A DNA stretch of 64,000 bases from Scenedesmus sp. PABB004. Taxonomy: Eukaryota. A program made the translations under genes and the position numbers. Positions 36,401 to 50,200 of the stretch are shown here, one piece after another; position 1 is the first letter of the stretch, and every line of letters begins with the position of its first letter. Below the pieces are notes generated by a model. That model did no database searches, was not told the origin of the DNA, and was given only the letters and a program-made list of their open reading frames with translations. The DNA lies in assembly GCA_014905635.1 (NCBI GenBank), contig JABVCE010000004.1, positions 1,674,001 to 1,738,000 on the forward strand, given 5' to 3'.

Positions 36401-38244
36401 CGTCGCTCGGCATCGGCGCGCTGACCCCTGCCGCGGGCCTCGCCGCGCTGGAGGGCGCGCTGCGCTCGCGCGGCGCTCTCGGGTGCGCCCCTCGGGGATT
36501 CTGGGCTCGCGGGGCGCGCCAGGGCCGCGCTGCTGGCTGCCCACCGCAGCCGCGCGGCCTGCGCAGGCGGTCGTCCGCGCTCGTGGCGAGCCCAGCGGTG
36601 CTCGCCGCGGCGCCATTTGACTGGGCCACGGTCCTCGCTGGCCAGCCGGCGGCGCCGGGTCTCCTGTCCGAGTTTGCCGGCGCCGCGCGGCGCCGCGCGA
36701 CGGACGCGGCCGGCGCTCCGCCGCGCGCAGCGCGCCGCGGCGGCCTGGCGGGCCTGCGCGGCGAGGCGCGGCGCGCGCACCTGCTGGACGAGGTGTCGGG
36801 CGTGATTGCGGGCCTGCTGGGGACGGGTGCGGCGTGCTGGGGCGCCGCGCCGGGGCGCCGTGCGGGGGCAGGAGGGGGGGGCTGCGGCGCGCGCGCTGCG
36901 CCCCACGCGCTGCCGCCGCGCCCGCAGGCGTGGCCGCCGACGCTCCGCTCATGGACAGTGGGCTGGACAGCCTCGGCGCGGTGGAGCTGCGGAGCAGCCT
37001 CGAGGCACGGCTCGCAGTCAGCCTGCCGCCCACGCTGGTGCGCCCTGCGCGCGGCGCGCGCCCGCCCGGGGGCCGGGGGGCGCCGCGCGCTCCGCCGGCA
37101 GTGCGGGCGTGTGATGTGATCTGGCTGCGCCGCCCCGCGCGCAGGTGTTTGACTTTCCCTCGGCGGCCGCCATCGCCGCCCTCATCGACGAGCGCCTCGC
37201 CGCGTCGCAGCCGGGCGAAGAGGGCGACGCGGGCGCCGAGGCGCCGCGGCAGCGCGCCGCGGCACGCGGCCCCGCGCCGCCGCGCCGCGGCCTCGCGCCG
37301 CCCGGCGACCCGCGCGCCGGCGCGGCGCTGCTCGTGTCGGCGACGCACGGCCGCTTCCCGGAGCCGGCCGCGACCGCGCCTGCGGCGGCGCACTGCGCGG
37401 CGGCGGGGCTGCTGCGCGACGCCATCAAGCCAGTCCCTGCGCAGCGCTACGACGTGGAGCTGGCGCTCACGCCCGACGCGCCGGCGCGCTTTGGTGGCTT
37501 CCTGCCCGGCGTGCAGGCGAGTGATCAGGCCAGCGCCGCGCCGCCTAGCAGGCCTGGCCGCGCTCCCGCTCACGCCCCGCTCGCCCGCGCGTCTGCGCCG
37601 CCGCAGGACTTTGACGTCGCGCCGTTTGGCCTGTCCGTGGCCGAGGCGGCCATGGTCGACCCGCAGCAGCGCCTGCTGCTCGAGGCGGGCGCCGCGCTGC
37701 TCGCCGCGGCGGCGGCGCCGCTCGGTGGTGCGCCGGCCGCCGGCGGTCGGGGGTGCGGCGTGTTTGTTGGCATCTCGACCCCCGACTACGCTGACATCAA
37801 GAAGGCAGCCACGCCCATCGGGGTCTACAGCGCGACGGGTGCGGCGGGGCGGCGGGCGGCGCGCGCGCGGCGCGTCGCGCGTGCTGCACGGCCGTGCGCG
37901 CTGAGCGCGAGCCCCCCGCCTGCCACCCCCGCTCCCCTCTTGCGCGCGCGCAGGCTCCGCCATCAGCGTCGCCGCGGGGCGGCTCTCGTACGTGTTTGCC
38001 CTGTCCGGCCCCGCGCTGGCGATCGACACCGCCTGCAGCAGCAGCCTCGTCGGCGCGCACAGCGCGGCGCTGAGCCTGCGCTCCGGGGGCTGCGAGGCGG
38101 CGCTCGTGGCGGGGGTCAAGGCCATCCTCACGCCCCACCTCTCGGCCATGTTCACGCGCGCAGGTGGGCCGGCCTCGCCTGGCCCGCTGGCAGGGGGAGA
38201 GCTCGGCGCGCGGGCCGCGCAGCCCAGGCGAAGGCCGAGCCGCC

Positions 38245-38278
<34 letters not shown>

Positions 38279-41200
38279 GCAGGCATGCTGGCGCCCGACG
38301 GGCGCTGCAAGACGCTCGACGCGGCCGCCGACGGCTACGTGCGCGGCGAGGCGGTGGCGGGCATGATGATGCACGCCCACCGCGGCGGCGGCGGCGCCGC
38401 CGGGCTGCCCGCCTGGGCGGTTGCGGTCGTCCTCGGCAGCGCAGTCAACCAGGACGGCCGCAGCAGCAGCCTCACCGCGCCCAACGGCCCCGCGCAGCAG
38501 GCCGTGCTGCGCGCGGCGCTGGCGGATGGCGGGCTCGCGCCGCGCGACGTCACGGGCCTGCAGCTGCACGGCACGGGCACACCCTTGGTGAGCGCCGCAG
38601 CGGCGCCGTGCGCGCGCGCCGCTGCCACCGGTCTCCCCCATGCACTGACCGCCTCCGCGCGGCCTGCTGACCGCCGCCGCCTCGCCGCCGCCCGCCGCCC
38701 GCGCAGGCGACCCGATCGAGGTCGGCGCGGCCGCGGCGGTCCTGCTCGCCGGCGCGCCGCGCGGCGGGGAGGGCCCCGCCGCGGCGCTGCCGCTGGGCCT
38801 GGCGTCGAGCAAGTCAGGCATCGGTCACACCGAGCCGGCGGCGGGCCTGGCGGGCGCGGTGCACGCGCTGGCCGCGGCCGCCGCGCGCGCGGCGGCGCCG
38901 GTGCTGCACCTGCGGTCCCTCAACCCGTACCTCCTGGGCACGCTGGCCCCTGTGGCGGGCGGCATCAGCATCCCCCGCCAGGCCCACGGGGCGCCGCTCG
39001 GCGGCGGGCTCGAGCTCGGCGCGTGCCACGTCACGGGCGTGAGCTCGTTCGCCTTCCAGGGCACCAACGCCCACCTGCTGCTCGCCGCGGGCGGCGACGC
39101 CGCGGTCGCCGCGGGCGCGGCCGCGTCGGCCGCGTCGGCCGCGCGGCTGGGCCTGCTGGCGCGCTCGGCGCTGAGCGTGCTGCCGCCGGCGCACTCGCTG
39201 CTGCGCGCGGCGACGCCGCCCGCGGGCGGGGCCGCGGCGTTTGAGGTGAGCCTGGGGCACCCGGGCGTCGCGTGGCTGCTGGACCACGTCGTGGGCGGGC
39301 GGCCCGTCGTCCCGGCGGCCGCGTACCTGGAAGCCGCCGACGCGGCGGGCCGGCAGCTGCTCGGCGGCTGGGGCGGCCCGGGCTCGCCGCCGGCGCGCCT
39401 CGCGCTCGCTGGCGTTGCGATCTCCGCGCCGCTTGCGCTGCCCGGCGGCGCCGAGGCGGCGGCGCGCGTGGCGCTCGTGGTCCGGATCGACGCCGCGACC
39501 GGCGCCTTCACCATCTCCAGCCGCGAGCGCGCGGCCGGCTCCACCGGCGGCCGCGCCGCCGCCACCACCCACGTCACGGGGCGCCTCGTCGCCCTCGGCG
39601 CGGCGTCGGACGCGGCGGGCGCGGCGGCCGCGCCGCCGGCCGGCGACGCCTCGTTTGACCGCCTCGCCGCGCGCGGCCTCGAGCCGCTGGACGGCGCGGC
39701 GATGTACGCGGGGCTGGCCGGCGCGGGGCTCGCCTACGGGCCTGCCTTCCGCCTCTTGGCCGACGTCAAGCGCGGCGGCGCGCACGCGGCCGCGCGCCTG
39801 CGGCCGCGCAGCGAGCCGGGCTGCTTCCTGGTGCACCCAGCGGCGCTGGACAACGCGCTGCAGCTCGGCGCAGCCATCGCGGACGGCGCGCCGGCGGCGC
39901 CGGACACGACGTTTGTGCCTGCGGCGCTGCAACTCTTTGCTTTCGGGCCCGGCGCGGCGGCCTTGCAGGGCGGCGTCGGCTGGGAGGTCGGCGACGCGAC
40001 AGCTCTCGCGTCGGTGCCGCCGGGCGCGCCGGCGCGCGACGCGCGCCGCCTGTTCCGCAGCCTGCAGCTCTGCATCGGCGGCACGCAGCTGGCGAGCGTG
40101 GTGGGCTTGGAGAGTCGCTCGGTCGGCGCGGCGGCGCTGCAGGCGCCCGCCGAGCCGCCGGCCGCGCTCGAGCGGCGGCCAGAGATGCTCTACGAGGTCG
40201 AGTGGGCCGCCGCCGAGGCGGCTGCACACGGCCAGCCGCCGGCGCACGAGCACGCCGCGGCGGCCTTCAGCCTCGCGGGCGCGCGCGCCGGCGCGGCGGC
40301 GGCGCCGGCGGCAGTCGCGGCCGCGCTGGGCGTGCTGCAGGCCCTGGGCCGCGCGCCGGACGCGGCCGCGCTGCTGGTGGCCACGCAGGAGGCCGCTGCG
40401 CTGGGTGCGACCCCTGGCGGCGCCCGCGGCGCGGAGCTGGACCTTGCGGTGAAGGGCCTGCTGCGGGCCTTTGCCCAGGAGGTGCCCGCGGCGGCCATCG
40501 CCAGCAGCATCGCCAGCCCCGCGACGCCCTCGGCCGGCCAGGCACGCACGCCGGCGCTGCTGCTGGCGGCCCCTGGCCAGCCGCCGGCGGCCAGCGCAGA
40601 CGGCTACGGCCGGGCGGCGGCTGGCGGCGTGGCGCTCGCGCCGGAGCTGCGGCGCAGCGGCGCGCGCGTGCCGCTGCCGCCGTTCCAGCTGCTGCCCGGG
40701 GCCAAGGGCTCGCTGAGCAGCCTGGCGCCGGCGGCCGTGCCGACGCGCCTGGATGCACCCGACACGGTGCTGCTGGGCGTGCGCGCTGTGGGCATCAACT
40801 TCAGGGACGTGCTCAACGTCCTCGGCATGTACCCGGGCGACCCCGGCGCGCCCGGCAGCGACGTCGCGGGTGTCGTGCTCGCCAGCAACAGCGCCGCGCT
40901 GCGCCCCGGCACGGCCGTGTTTGGCCTGGCCGAGGGCTGCCTCGGCTCCCACGTGCGCGCGTCGGCGCACACCCTGGTGCCCATGCCCGGCCACGTCGGG
41001 TACGAGGCCGCGGCCAGCATGCCCACGGTCTTCATCACCGTCGACATGGCGCTGCTGCAGGCGGCCGGCCTGCGCGCGGGCGAGCGCGTGCTGGTGCACG
41101 CGGGCGCCGGCGGCGTGGGCCTGGCGGCGCTGCAGCTCGTCCGCAGCGCCGGCGCGACGCCGCTGGCGACCGCGGGCAACCCCGCCAAGCGCCCGCTGCT

Positions 41201-44200
41201 GCGGCGCCTGGGTGTGGCGCACGTGGTGGGGTCGCGCGACACGGCCTGCTACGCCAGCATCGCGGCGGGCGGCGGCGTGGACGTGGTGCTCAACTCGCTG
41301 ACATCGCCCGGCATGGTCGGCGGCGCGCTGGCCGTGCTGCGGCGCGGCGGTCGGTTTGTGGAGATTGGCAAGCGCGACATCTGGGGCCCCGCCGCGGTCG
41401 CGGCGGAGCGCCCGGACGTGAGCTACAGCCTCGTCGCCGTTGACTTCCTGTCGGCGGCCGGCATCCATGCCGCCATGCTCAAGCTGTCGGCGCGCCTCGC
41501 GGTGGGCGCGATCGCGCCGCTGCCGAGCGTTGTGCACGACCTGGGCGCCGTCGCGGCGGCGCTGCGGCAGATGAGCCAGGCGCGGCACGTGGGCAAGGTC
41601 GTGGTGCGCGCTGCGCCCGCGGCCGTGCCGCAGCTGCAGCAGGCCCCGGGCGGCGGCGCGGTGCTTGTGGTGGGCGGCACCGGCACGCTGGGCTGCCTGA
41701 TGGTCGCCTGGCTGGCGGAGCAGGGCGTGGCAAGCATTCCCATACTCAGCCGCACGGGGCGGCTCAGCCACGCGCTGGCCGAGCTGCTGGCCGGCAGCGC
41801 GGCGCACCAGGCGGCTGTCACTGTGCTCGCGTGCGACGCCGCGCGCGGCGCCGACCTGGACGCGCTGCGGCGGCTGCTGGCCGGCGGCGCGCCGCTGCTG
41901 GGCGTGCTGCAAGCGGGCGGCGTGCTCGCGGACGCAACGCTCGGCAGGCAGACCCTGGCCGGCGTGCGGCAGGTGGGCGCGGCGGCGGCGGGGGCGCACG
42001 GGGACAGACAGATAGACAGATAGGGCGCAGCTGGCTGCGCTCCGTCGCCGCCGCTGACCCTCGGCCCGCCCGACCTGACCGCAGGTGTTTGCTCCCAAGC
42101 ACGGCGCCGCCACGCGCCTGCAGCCGCTCTTGCAGCAGCACCCGGTCAGCCACCAGGTGCTGTTCAGCAGCGTTGCGAGCCTGCTGGGCGCGCCCGGGCA
42201 GGCCAACTACGCCGCCGCCAACGCGGGCCTGGACGGGCTCGCGGGCGCGCTGTGCGCCGCGGGCCTGCCAGCGGTGTCGGTGCAGTGGGGCGCGTGGGCG
42301 GGCGGCGGCATGGCGTCGGCCGACGCGTCCACCGCGGCGCGCGTGGAGCGTCTGGGCATGGGCCTGATCGCCCCGGGGGCGGGCCTCGCCGCGCTCGAGG
42401 GCGCGCTCGGCCGCTTTGCGGCGCCCGGGCCGTCCGAGGGCGGGGCGGTGGTCGCGGCGGTGCCCTTTGTCTGGCGCCGCTTCCTGGCGCGCTTTGGCGG
42501 CGCCCCGCCGGCGCTCTTTGCGCACGTCGCCCAGGAGGAGCTGGCCGTCGGTGCTGGCGGCGGTGCGCCGGGCGGTGCACGGGGCGGCGCCAGCGCCGGC
42601 GTGGTGGCGCCCCGCCCTAGTGCTGCGGGCGTCACGGAGCGCGTTGGCGCCGCCGTCGCCTCGGTCGTCGGCCGGCCGCTGGGCGAGCACGACAGCCTCA
42701 TGGAGAGCGGGCTGGACAGCCTGGGCAGCGTGGAGCTCCGCAACGCGCTCGCGGCCACGTTTGCCGTTGAGCTGCCCGCCACGCTGGTGCGGGGCCCGGC
42801 AGCAGTGGGCGCTGCGCGCCGCGCCTGCCCGCGCCGGCGCTCACCCCCCGCCCTGCTCGCTCTGTGCCGTGCCGCCAACAGACGTTTGACTATCCGACCA
42901 TCGGCGCCATTGCCGGCCTCATCCTTGAGACCAAGTTCCCAGACGGCCCCGGCGACGACGCGGGCGCCGCGACGGCGGCCGCCCCCGCCCCCGCCCCCGC
43001 CCCCGCCGCCGGCGCGCTGCCTCGCGGCGCGGCCACCCATGGGCCGGACGCGGGCGGCGCGGTCGCGCTCACCGGCTTTGCGCTGCGCTTTGCCGGCACG
43101 CGCAGCCTGGCGCAGCTGTACGCGCACATGCGCGACGGCACCGAGCTGCACAGCGCGGCGCCGTACGAACGGTGCGCGCGCGGGCCCCGGCCGGCTCGCG
43201 GCCCCGCGGCCGCTGCCCCTGCGCCGCCCTGCGCGCCCGGCCCCTGCGCCGCCCTGCGCGCCCGGCGCTGCCGGGGCCTCTGCCCGCTCGCTCACGCGCC
43301 CGCTCACGCGCTCGCTTGCGTCGGCCGTCCGGCCGCAGGTTTGACGTCGACGCGGCGCACGACCCCGGCGCGCCGGGCGCGGGCAGCGGGGCCGCCGCGT
43401 CGCGCTTCGGCACGTTCGTGCCCGACGTTCACGCGTTTGACGGCGCCGCGTTTGGCATCAGCCCCGCCGAGGCCGGCCTGATCGACCCGCAGGCCCGCGC
43501 GCTGCTGCACGAGCTCGCGGCCGCCGCGGCAGACAGCGGGCGCGGCCCGGCCGCGCTGGCCGGCGCCGACGGCGGCGTGTTTGTCGGCTGCATCTGGGGC
43601 TCGGAGCACGCCGAGGCGCTGACCGCCGCCGGCGCGCCCGGCGGCGCGAGCCTGGTGACCGGCAGCGGCCTCGCCTTCATCGCGGGGCGGCTCTCGTATA
43701 CCTTCGGCCTGACCGGGCCGTGCGTGCCCACCAACACGGCGTGCAGCAGCAGCCTCGTCGCCGCGCACCTCGCGGCCGGCGCGGTGCGCGCGCGAGAGTG
43801 CGGCTTTGCCGCCGCGGCGGGCGCCAACGCGGTGCTGCTGCCGCGCGGCGCGAGCGCGGCGATGACCGCGGTGCGCGCGCTCGCGCCCGACGGGCGCTGC
43901 AAGAGCTTTGACGCCGCTGGCGACGGCTACGGCCGCGGCGAGGGCTTTGCCGTCGTGCTGCTGGAGCCGCTGGGCGGCGCGGCCGACCCCCGCCGCGTCC
44001 AGGCGCTGCTCACGGGCAGCGCGGTCAACCAGGACGGCCGCAGCAGCGGCCTCACCGCGCCGCACGGCCCCAGCCAGGCGGCGCTCGTGGCGGCGGCCAT
44101 GGCCGCGGCGGGCGCGACCACGCTCGGCTACGTCGCCTCGCACGGCACGGGCACGCCCCTGGGTGAGCGCCGCCGCAGCGCCGCGCGCGCGCGCGAGTGC

Positions 44201-47200
44201 CGCTGGCGCCGGTCGCCCTCGTACGGCGTCTGCCTCCACGCGGCCGGCCATCCCACCATCCCGCCGCCCGCCGCCGCCCGCTGCCCGCGCAGGCGACCCA
44301 ATCGAGGTCGGCGCACTGCGCCGCGCCGTGGTCGCGCCCGGGGCCGGGGCCGCCGCGCTGCCGGCCGGCTTTGTGTTCAGCGTCGGCGCCGTCAAGGCGC
44401 TCACGGGCCACCTCGAGGGCGCCGCCGGCCTGGCGGGCCTCGCGCAGGGCCTGTCGGTGCTGGCCCAGCGCGCCGTCGCGCCGCTGCGGTACAGGCGGCT
44501 CAACCCCTATGTCGCAGACGGCCTCGCCGGCTGGACCGTGCCGAGCAGGCGCGGACGCGCAGCGCTGCGCGCCGCATGCCGCGCGTCGCGCGCAGCGCGC
44601 AGCGCGCCCAGCGACCCCGCCCCGCCCCCCCCCCCCCCCCCGCCCCGCACGTAGGCTGCCCATCCAGGCCGGCGGCAGCACGCTGCCCGGGGGCGGCTGT
44701 GCCGGCACGAGCAGCTTTGGCATGTCCGGCGTCAACGCGCACGCCATCCTGCGCCTGCCGGACGCCAGCCCGAGACAGGCGGCTGCGGCCGCTGGCGGCG
44801 GCGGCGTCTTTGCCTGGCGTCGCTCCGACATGCGCGCCGGGCTGCTGCCGGTCGGCCACCCGCTGCTGCTACGCAGCCTCGCGCGCGGCGCGCGCGGCGC
44901 TGCAGAGTTTGCGCTGCCGCTGCTGGCGCGGCCGCAGCTCGCGTGGCTGTGGGATCACCGCGTCGGCGGCCGCGCGCTGCTGCCGGGCGCGGCGTACCTG
45001 GAGATGGCAGCCGCAGCTGCCGCGGCCTTGCTGGCCGGCGGCGGCGGCGCCGCCGCCAAGGAGCCGGGCGGCGCGGCCAGCGCGTCGGCCGCCGGCCTCG
45101 CCAGCGTGGTCCTCGCGGCGCCGTGTGCGCTGCCGCCGCTTGGCGGCGCCAGCGACGAGGCGGCGGCGCTGCTGCTGACTTGCGAGGTGGAGCTGGCCAC
45201 CGGCCGAGTCACCATCTCGTCGCGCGCCGCCGGCGCCGCGGCCAGCACAGTGCACGTGCGCTGTCAGCTGGTCGCGCTGGCATCGCACACCGAGGCGCTG
45301 CCCGCGGCGGCAGGAGCGGCGGGCGCCGCCGACCTGGGCGCCGACGCGCTGCGCGCGGCGTGTGCGCAGCCGCTGAGCAGCCAGGCGCTGTATGCGTCGC
45401 TGGCCGGCGCAGGCCTTGCATACGGCCCCGCCCACCGCCTGCTGCGCTGCGTCGGCGCTGCCGGCGGCGGCGCGGGCCTGGCGGCCGGCCACGTCGCCGC
45501 CGACGCGGGCGCGCAGTCCGCTGACGGCTGGCTGGTGCACCCGGCAGTGCTGGACTGCGCTCTCCAGCTCGGCGCAGTCGTGCCAGAGCCAGGCATGGAC
45601 GAGGCACACCATGCGACGATGGTGCCGGCCGCACTGCGGCTGTTCGTGCCGCGTCGCGCAGGCCCAGACAGCACCAGCGGTGGTGGCGGCTTCACCGCGT
45701 CCGCGCGCCGGCTGCCCGCGCCACCCGGCGGCGCCGCCACGCGGCGCGACCACGCGCTGCGCGACGGGGCCGGCCAGCTGGTGGCGCAGCTGCACGGCTT
45801 GGAGGTGCGGCGCCTTGGCGGTGCCGCACCGCGCGCCGGTGCTGCGCCGCCGGCCGCGCTCGAGCGGCGGCCAGAGATGCTCTACGAGGTCGAGTGGGCC
45901 GCCGCCGAGGCGGCTGCACACGGCCAGCCGCCGGCACACGAGCACGCCGCGGCGGCCTTCAGCCTCGCGGGCGCGCGCGCCGGCGCGGCGGCGGCGCCAG
46001 CGGCAGTCGCGGCCGCGCTGGGCGTGCTGCAGGCCCTGGGCCGCGCGCCGGACGCGGCCGCGCTGCTGGTGGCCACGCAGGAGGCCGCTGCGCTGGGTGC
46101 GACCCCTGGCGGCGCCCGCGGCGCGGAGCTGGACCCTGCGGTGAAGGGCCTGCTGCGGGCCTTTGCCCAGGAGGTGCCCGCGGCGGCCATCGCCAGCAGC
46201 ATCGCCAGCCCCGCGACGCCCTCGGCCGGCCAGGCACGCACGCCGGCGCTGCTGCTGGCGGCCCCTGGCCAGCCGCCGGCGGCCAGCGCAGACGGCTACG
46301 GCCGGGCGGCGGCTGGCGGCGTGGCGCTCGCGCCGGAGCTGCGGCGCAGCGGCGCGCGCGTGCCGCTGCCGCCGTTCCAGCTGCTGCCCGGGGCCAAGGG
46401 CTCGCTGAGCAGCCTGGCGCCGGCGGCCGTGCCGACGCGCCTGGATGCACCCGACACGGTGCTGCTGGGCGTGCGCGCTGTGGGCATCAACTTCAGGGAC
46501 GTGCTCAACGTCCTCGGCATGTACCCGGGCGACCCCGGCGCGCCCGGCAGCGACGTCGCGGGTGTCGTGCTCGCCAGCAACAGCGCCGCGCTGCGCCCCG
46601 GCACGGCCGTGTTTGGCCTGGCCGAGGGCTGCCTCGGCTCCCACGTGCGCGCGTCGGCGCACACCCTGGTGCCCATGCCCGGCCACGTCGGGTACGAGGC
46701 CGCGGCCAGCATGCCCACGGTCTTCATCACCGTCGACATGGCGCTGCTGCAGGCGGCCGGCCTGCGCGCGGGCGAGCGCGTGCTGGTGCACGCGGGCGCC
46801 GGCGGCGTGGGCCTGGCGGCGCTGCAGCTCGTCCGCAGCGCCGGCGCGACGCCGCTGGCGACCGCGGGCAACCCCGCCAAGCGCCCGCTGCTGCGGCGCC
46901 TGGGTGTGGCGCACGTGGTGGGGTCGCGCGACACGGCCTGCTACGCCAGCATCGCGGCGGGCGGCGGCGTGGACGTGGTGCTCAACTCGCTGACATCGCC
47001 CGGCATGGTCGGCGGCGCGCTGGCCGTGCTGCGGCGCGGCGGTCGGTTTGTGGAGATTGGCAAGCGCGACATCTGGGGCCCCGCCGCGGTCGCGGCGGAG
47101 CGCCCGGACGTGAGCTACAGCCTCGTCGCCGTTGACTTCCTGTCGGCGGCCGGCATCCATGCCGCCATGCTCAAGCTGTCGGCGCGCCTCGCGGTGGGCG

Positions 47201-50200
47201 CGATCGCGCCGCTGCCGAGCGTTGTGCACGACCTGGGCGCCGTCGCGGCGGCGCTGCGGCAGATGAGCCAGGCGCGGCACGTGGGCAAGGTCGTGGTGCG
47301 CGCTGCGCCCGCGGCCGTGCCGCAGCTGCAGCAGGCCCCGGGCGGCGGCGCGGTGCTTGTGGTGGGCGGCACCGGCACGCTGGGCTGCCTGATGGTCGCC
47401 TGGCTGGCGGAGCAGGGCGTGGCAAGCATTCCCATACTCAGCCGCACGGGGCGGCTCAGCCACGCGCTGGCCGAGCTGCTGGCCGGCAGCGCGGCGCACC
47501 AGGCGGCTGTCACTGTGCTCGCGTGCGACGCCGCGCGCGGCGCCGACCTGGACGCGCTGCGGCGGCTGCTGGCCGGCGGCGCGCCGCTGCTGGGTGTGCT
47601 GCAAGCGGGCGGCGTGCTCGCGGACGCAACGCTCGGCAGGCAGACCCTGGCCGGCGTGCGGCAGGTGGGCGCGGCGGCGGCGGGGGCGCACGGGGACAGA
47701 CAGATAGACAGATAGGGCGCAGCTGGCTGCGCTCCGTCGCCGCCGCTGACCCTCGGCCCGCCCGACCTGACCGCAGGTGTTTGCTCCCAAGCACGGCGCC
47801 GCCACGCGCCTGCAGCCGCTCTTGCAGCAGCACCCGGTCAGCCACCAGGTGCTGTTCAGCAGCGTTGCGAGCCTGCTGGGCGCGCCCGGGCAGGCCAACT
47901 ACGCCGCCGCCAACGCGGGCCTGGACGGGCTCGCGGGCGCGCTGTGCGCCGCGGGCCTGCCAGCGGTGTCGGTGCAGTGGGGCGCGTGGGCGGGCGGCGG
48001 CATGGCGTCGGCCGACGCGTCCACCGCGGCGCGCGTGGAGCGTCTGGGCATGGGCCTGATCGCCCCGGGGGCGGGCCTCGCCGCGCTCGAGGGCGCGCTC
48101 GGCCGCTTTGCGGCGCCCGGGCCGTCCGAGGGCGGGGCGGTGGTCGCGGCGGTGCCCTTTGTCTGGCGCCGCTTCCTGGCGCGCTTTGGCGGCGCCCCGC
48201 CGGCGCTCTTTGCGCGCGTCGCCCAGGAGGAGCTGGCCGCCGGTGCTGGCGGCGCGCGCCAGAGCCGCAGCGCGCGCAGCGCTGGTGTCACCGCTGCTGG
48301 TGTGGCCGCGCTGGTGGCCGACACCGTGGCGGCCGTGCTCGGCCCCGACGTGCCGCCCGATGAGCCGCTGATGGCGGCGGGGCTGGACAGCCTCGGCGCG
48401 GTGGAGCTGCGCAACGCGCTGCAGGTGCGCCCGCGCGCAAGCCAGCCAGCCGCTACACCGCGCCCCTTCCACCCCACACACCCGCTCTGCCCTACCCTGC
48501 CTCCGCCGCCGCTGCCGCCGCCAGGCGGCGCTGCCGAGCGGCAGCGCGGAGCTGCCGGCGACGCTGCTGTTTGATTACCCGACCATTGGCGCCGTCAGTG
48601 CCTTCATCGCGGCACAGGTGCGCAGGGCTCAGAGGGAAGGGCGCGGGCGGGCGGGCGTGACGCGTCGCCGCGCGGCCGGCGCGGTGTGCGCGCTTGGGCG
48701 GCAGGGGCTGCGACCACCTGCGCTCGCGGCCGCTGTCCACTCCAGGTCGCCACGCCCGAGGCTGCCGAGGCGCCAGCGGTTGCAGTGCCGGCCCCAGCGC
48801 CTGCGCCTGGCGCCGGCCTGCGCGGCGCGCTGGCGGCGCCACGGCCGCTGGTCGCCGTCGTCGGCGCGGCGGTGTGCAGCCCCGGCGGCGCGATCGACGC
48901 GGTCGTCGCGCGCGACGCCGTGGCGGCTGTGCCGCTCGCGCGCTGGGACTGGGACGCGCTGGCCGCCGGCACCGCCGCCGGCGCCGCGCTCCCGCCGCGC
49001 TTTGGCGGCTGGCTGGAGGGCGTGGAGCTGTTTGACGGCGCCGCGTTTGGCGTGAGCCCGCTCGAGGCGGGCCTCATGGACGCGCAGCAGCGCTTGCTGC
49101 TGGAGCTGTCGCTGCAGGCCCTGCACGGCGCCGCGGGGGCGAGCGGCGCGGCGGGCGTGCTCGACGCGGTGGCCGGCCCCGCCGCCGCCGCCTGCGTCGC
49201 CGTCGGCATCGCGAGCGCCGAGTGCGTCGCGCTGGCGGCCCGCGCCGCGCTGGCAGCCCGCCCGCGCGCGCGCGCGCGCGCGCTGCCGCCGCCGCCGCTG
49301 CCAGACCGGCCCACTCACGCGCCCCTGCCCCCGCGCCTGCGGCTGCAGGTACAACAACTGGCTGCTGCGGCGCACCGGCGCGGCGCCCAGCGCCTACGGC
49401 GCGACCGGCGGCGCGCTCAGCGTCGCCAGCGGGCGGCTCGCCTTCACGTTTGGCCTGCGCGGCGCGGCGCTGTCCATCGACACCGCCTGCTCCAGCAGCC
49501 TCGTCGCGGCGCACTTTGTCGCGGGGCAGCTGCGCGACGGCACCTCGCGCGCAGGCCTGGCGGCGGGCGTCGGCATCCTGCTGTCGCCCGAGCCGACGGC
49601 CATGTTCCAGAAGGCCGGCATGCTCGCGCCCGACGGGCGCTGCAAGACGCTCGACGCGGCCGCCGACGGCTACGTGCGCGCCGAGGCGGCGGGCGTGCTG
49701 CTGCTGGAGGCCCTGGGCGGCGCTCGCGCGGAGCGCGCGGCACCGCCGCTGGCGGTCGTGCTCGGCAGCGCGGTCAACCAGGACGGCCGCAGCAGCAGCC
49801 TCACCGCGCCCAACGGCCCGGCGCAGCAGGCCGTGCTGCGCGCGGCGCTCGCGGACGGCGGGCTCGCGCCGCGCGACGTCACGGGCCTGCAGCTGCACGG
49901 CACGGGCACGCCGCTGGGTGCGTGCTGTCGCGGCGCCGTGCGCGCGCGCCGCTGCCGCCGGTCTCCCCCATGCACTGACCGCCTCCGTGCGGCCTGCTGA
50001 CCCGCCGCTGCCGGCCGCCGCCCGCCGCCCGCCGCCCGCGTAGGCGACCCGATTGAGGTCGGCGCGGCCGCGGCGGTCCTGCTCGCCGGCCCAGGCCGCG
50101 CGCAGCCGCTGCTGGCAACGGCTGGCAAGAGCTGGGTCGGCCATGCGGAAGCGGCGGCCGGCGTGGCGGGCGTCGCGCACGCGCTGGCGGGGCTGCGGCA

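Noticed and set aside
4850..47898. Very long antisense and alternate-frame ORFs (e.g. 4850-8011, 32266-36906, 38814-42206, 44869-47898)
   Set aside because: Arg/Ala/Gly-rich shadows of extremely GC-rich PKS codons with few stops; no domain motifs.
6874..48239. Repeats as transposons or CRISPR arrays
   Set aside because: They are in-frame catalytic domains; no terminal repeats, transposase or repeat-spacer periodicity.
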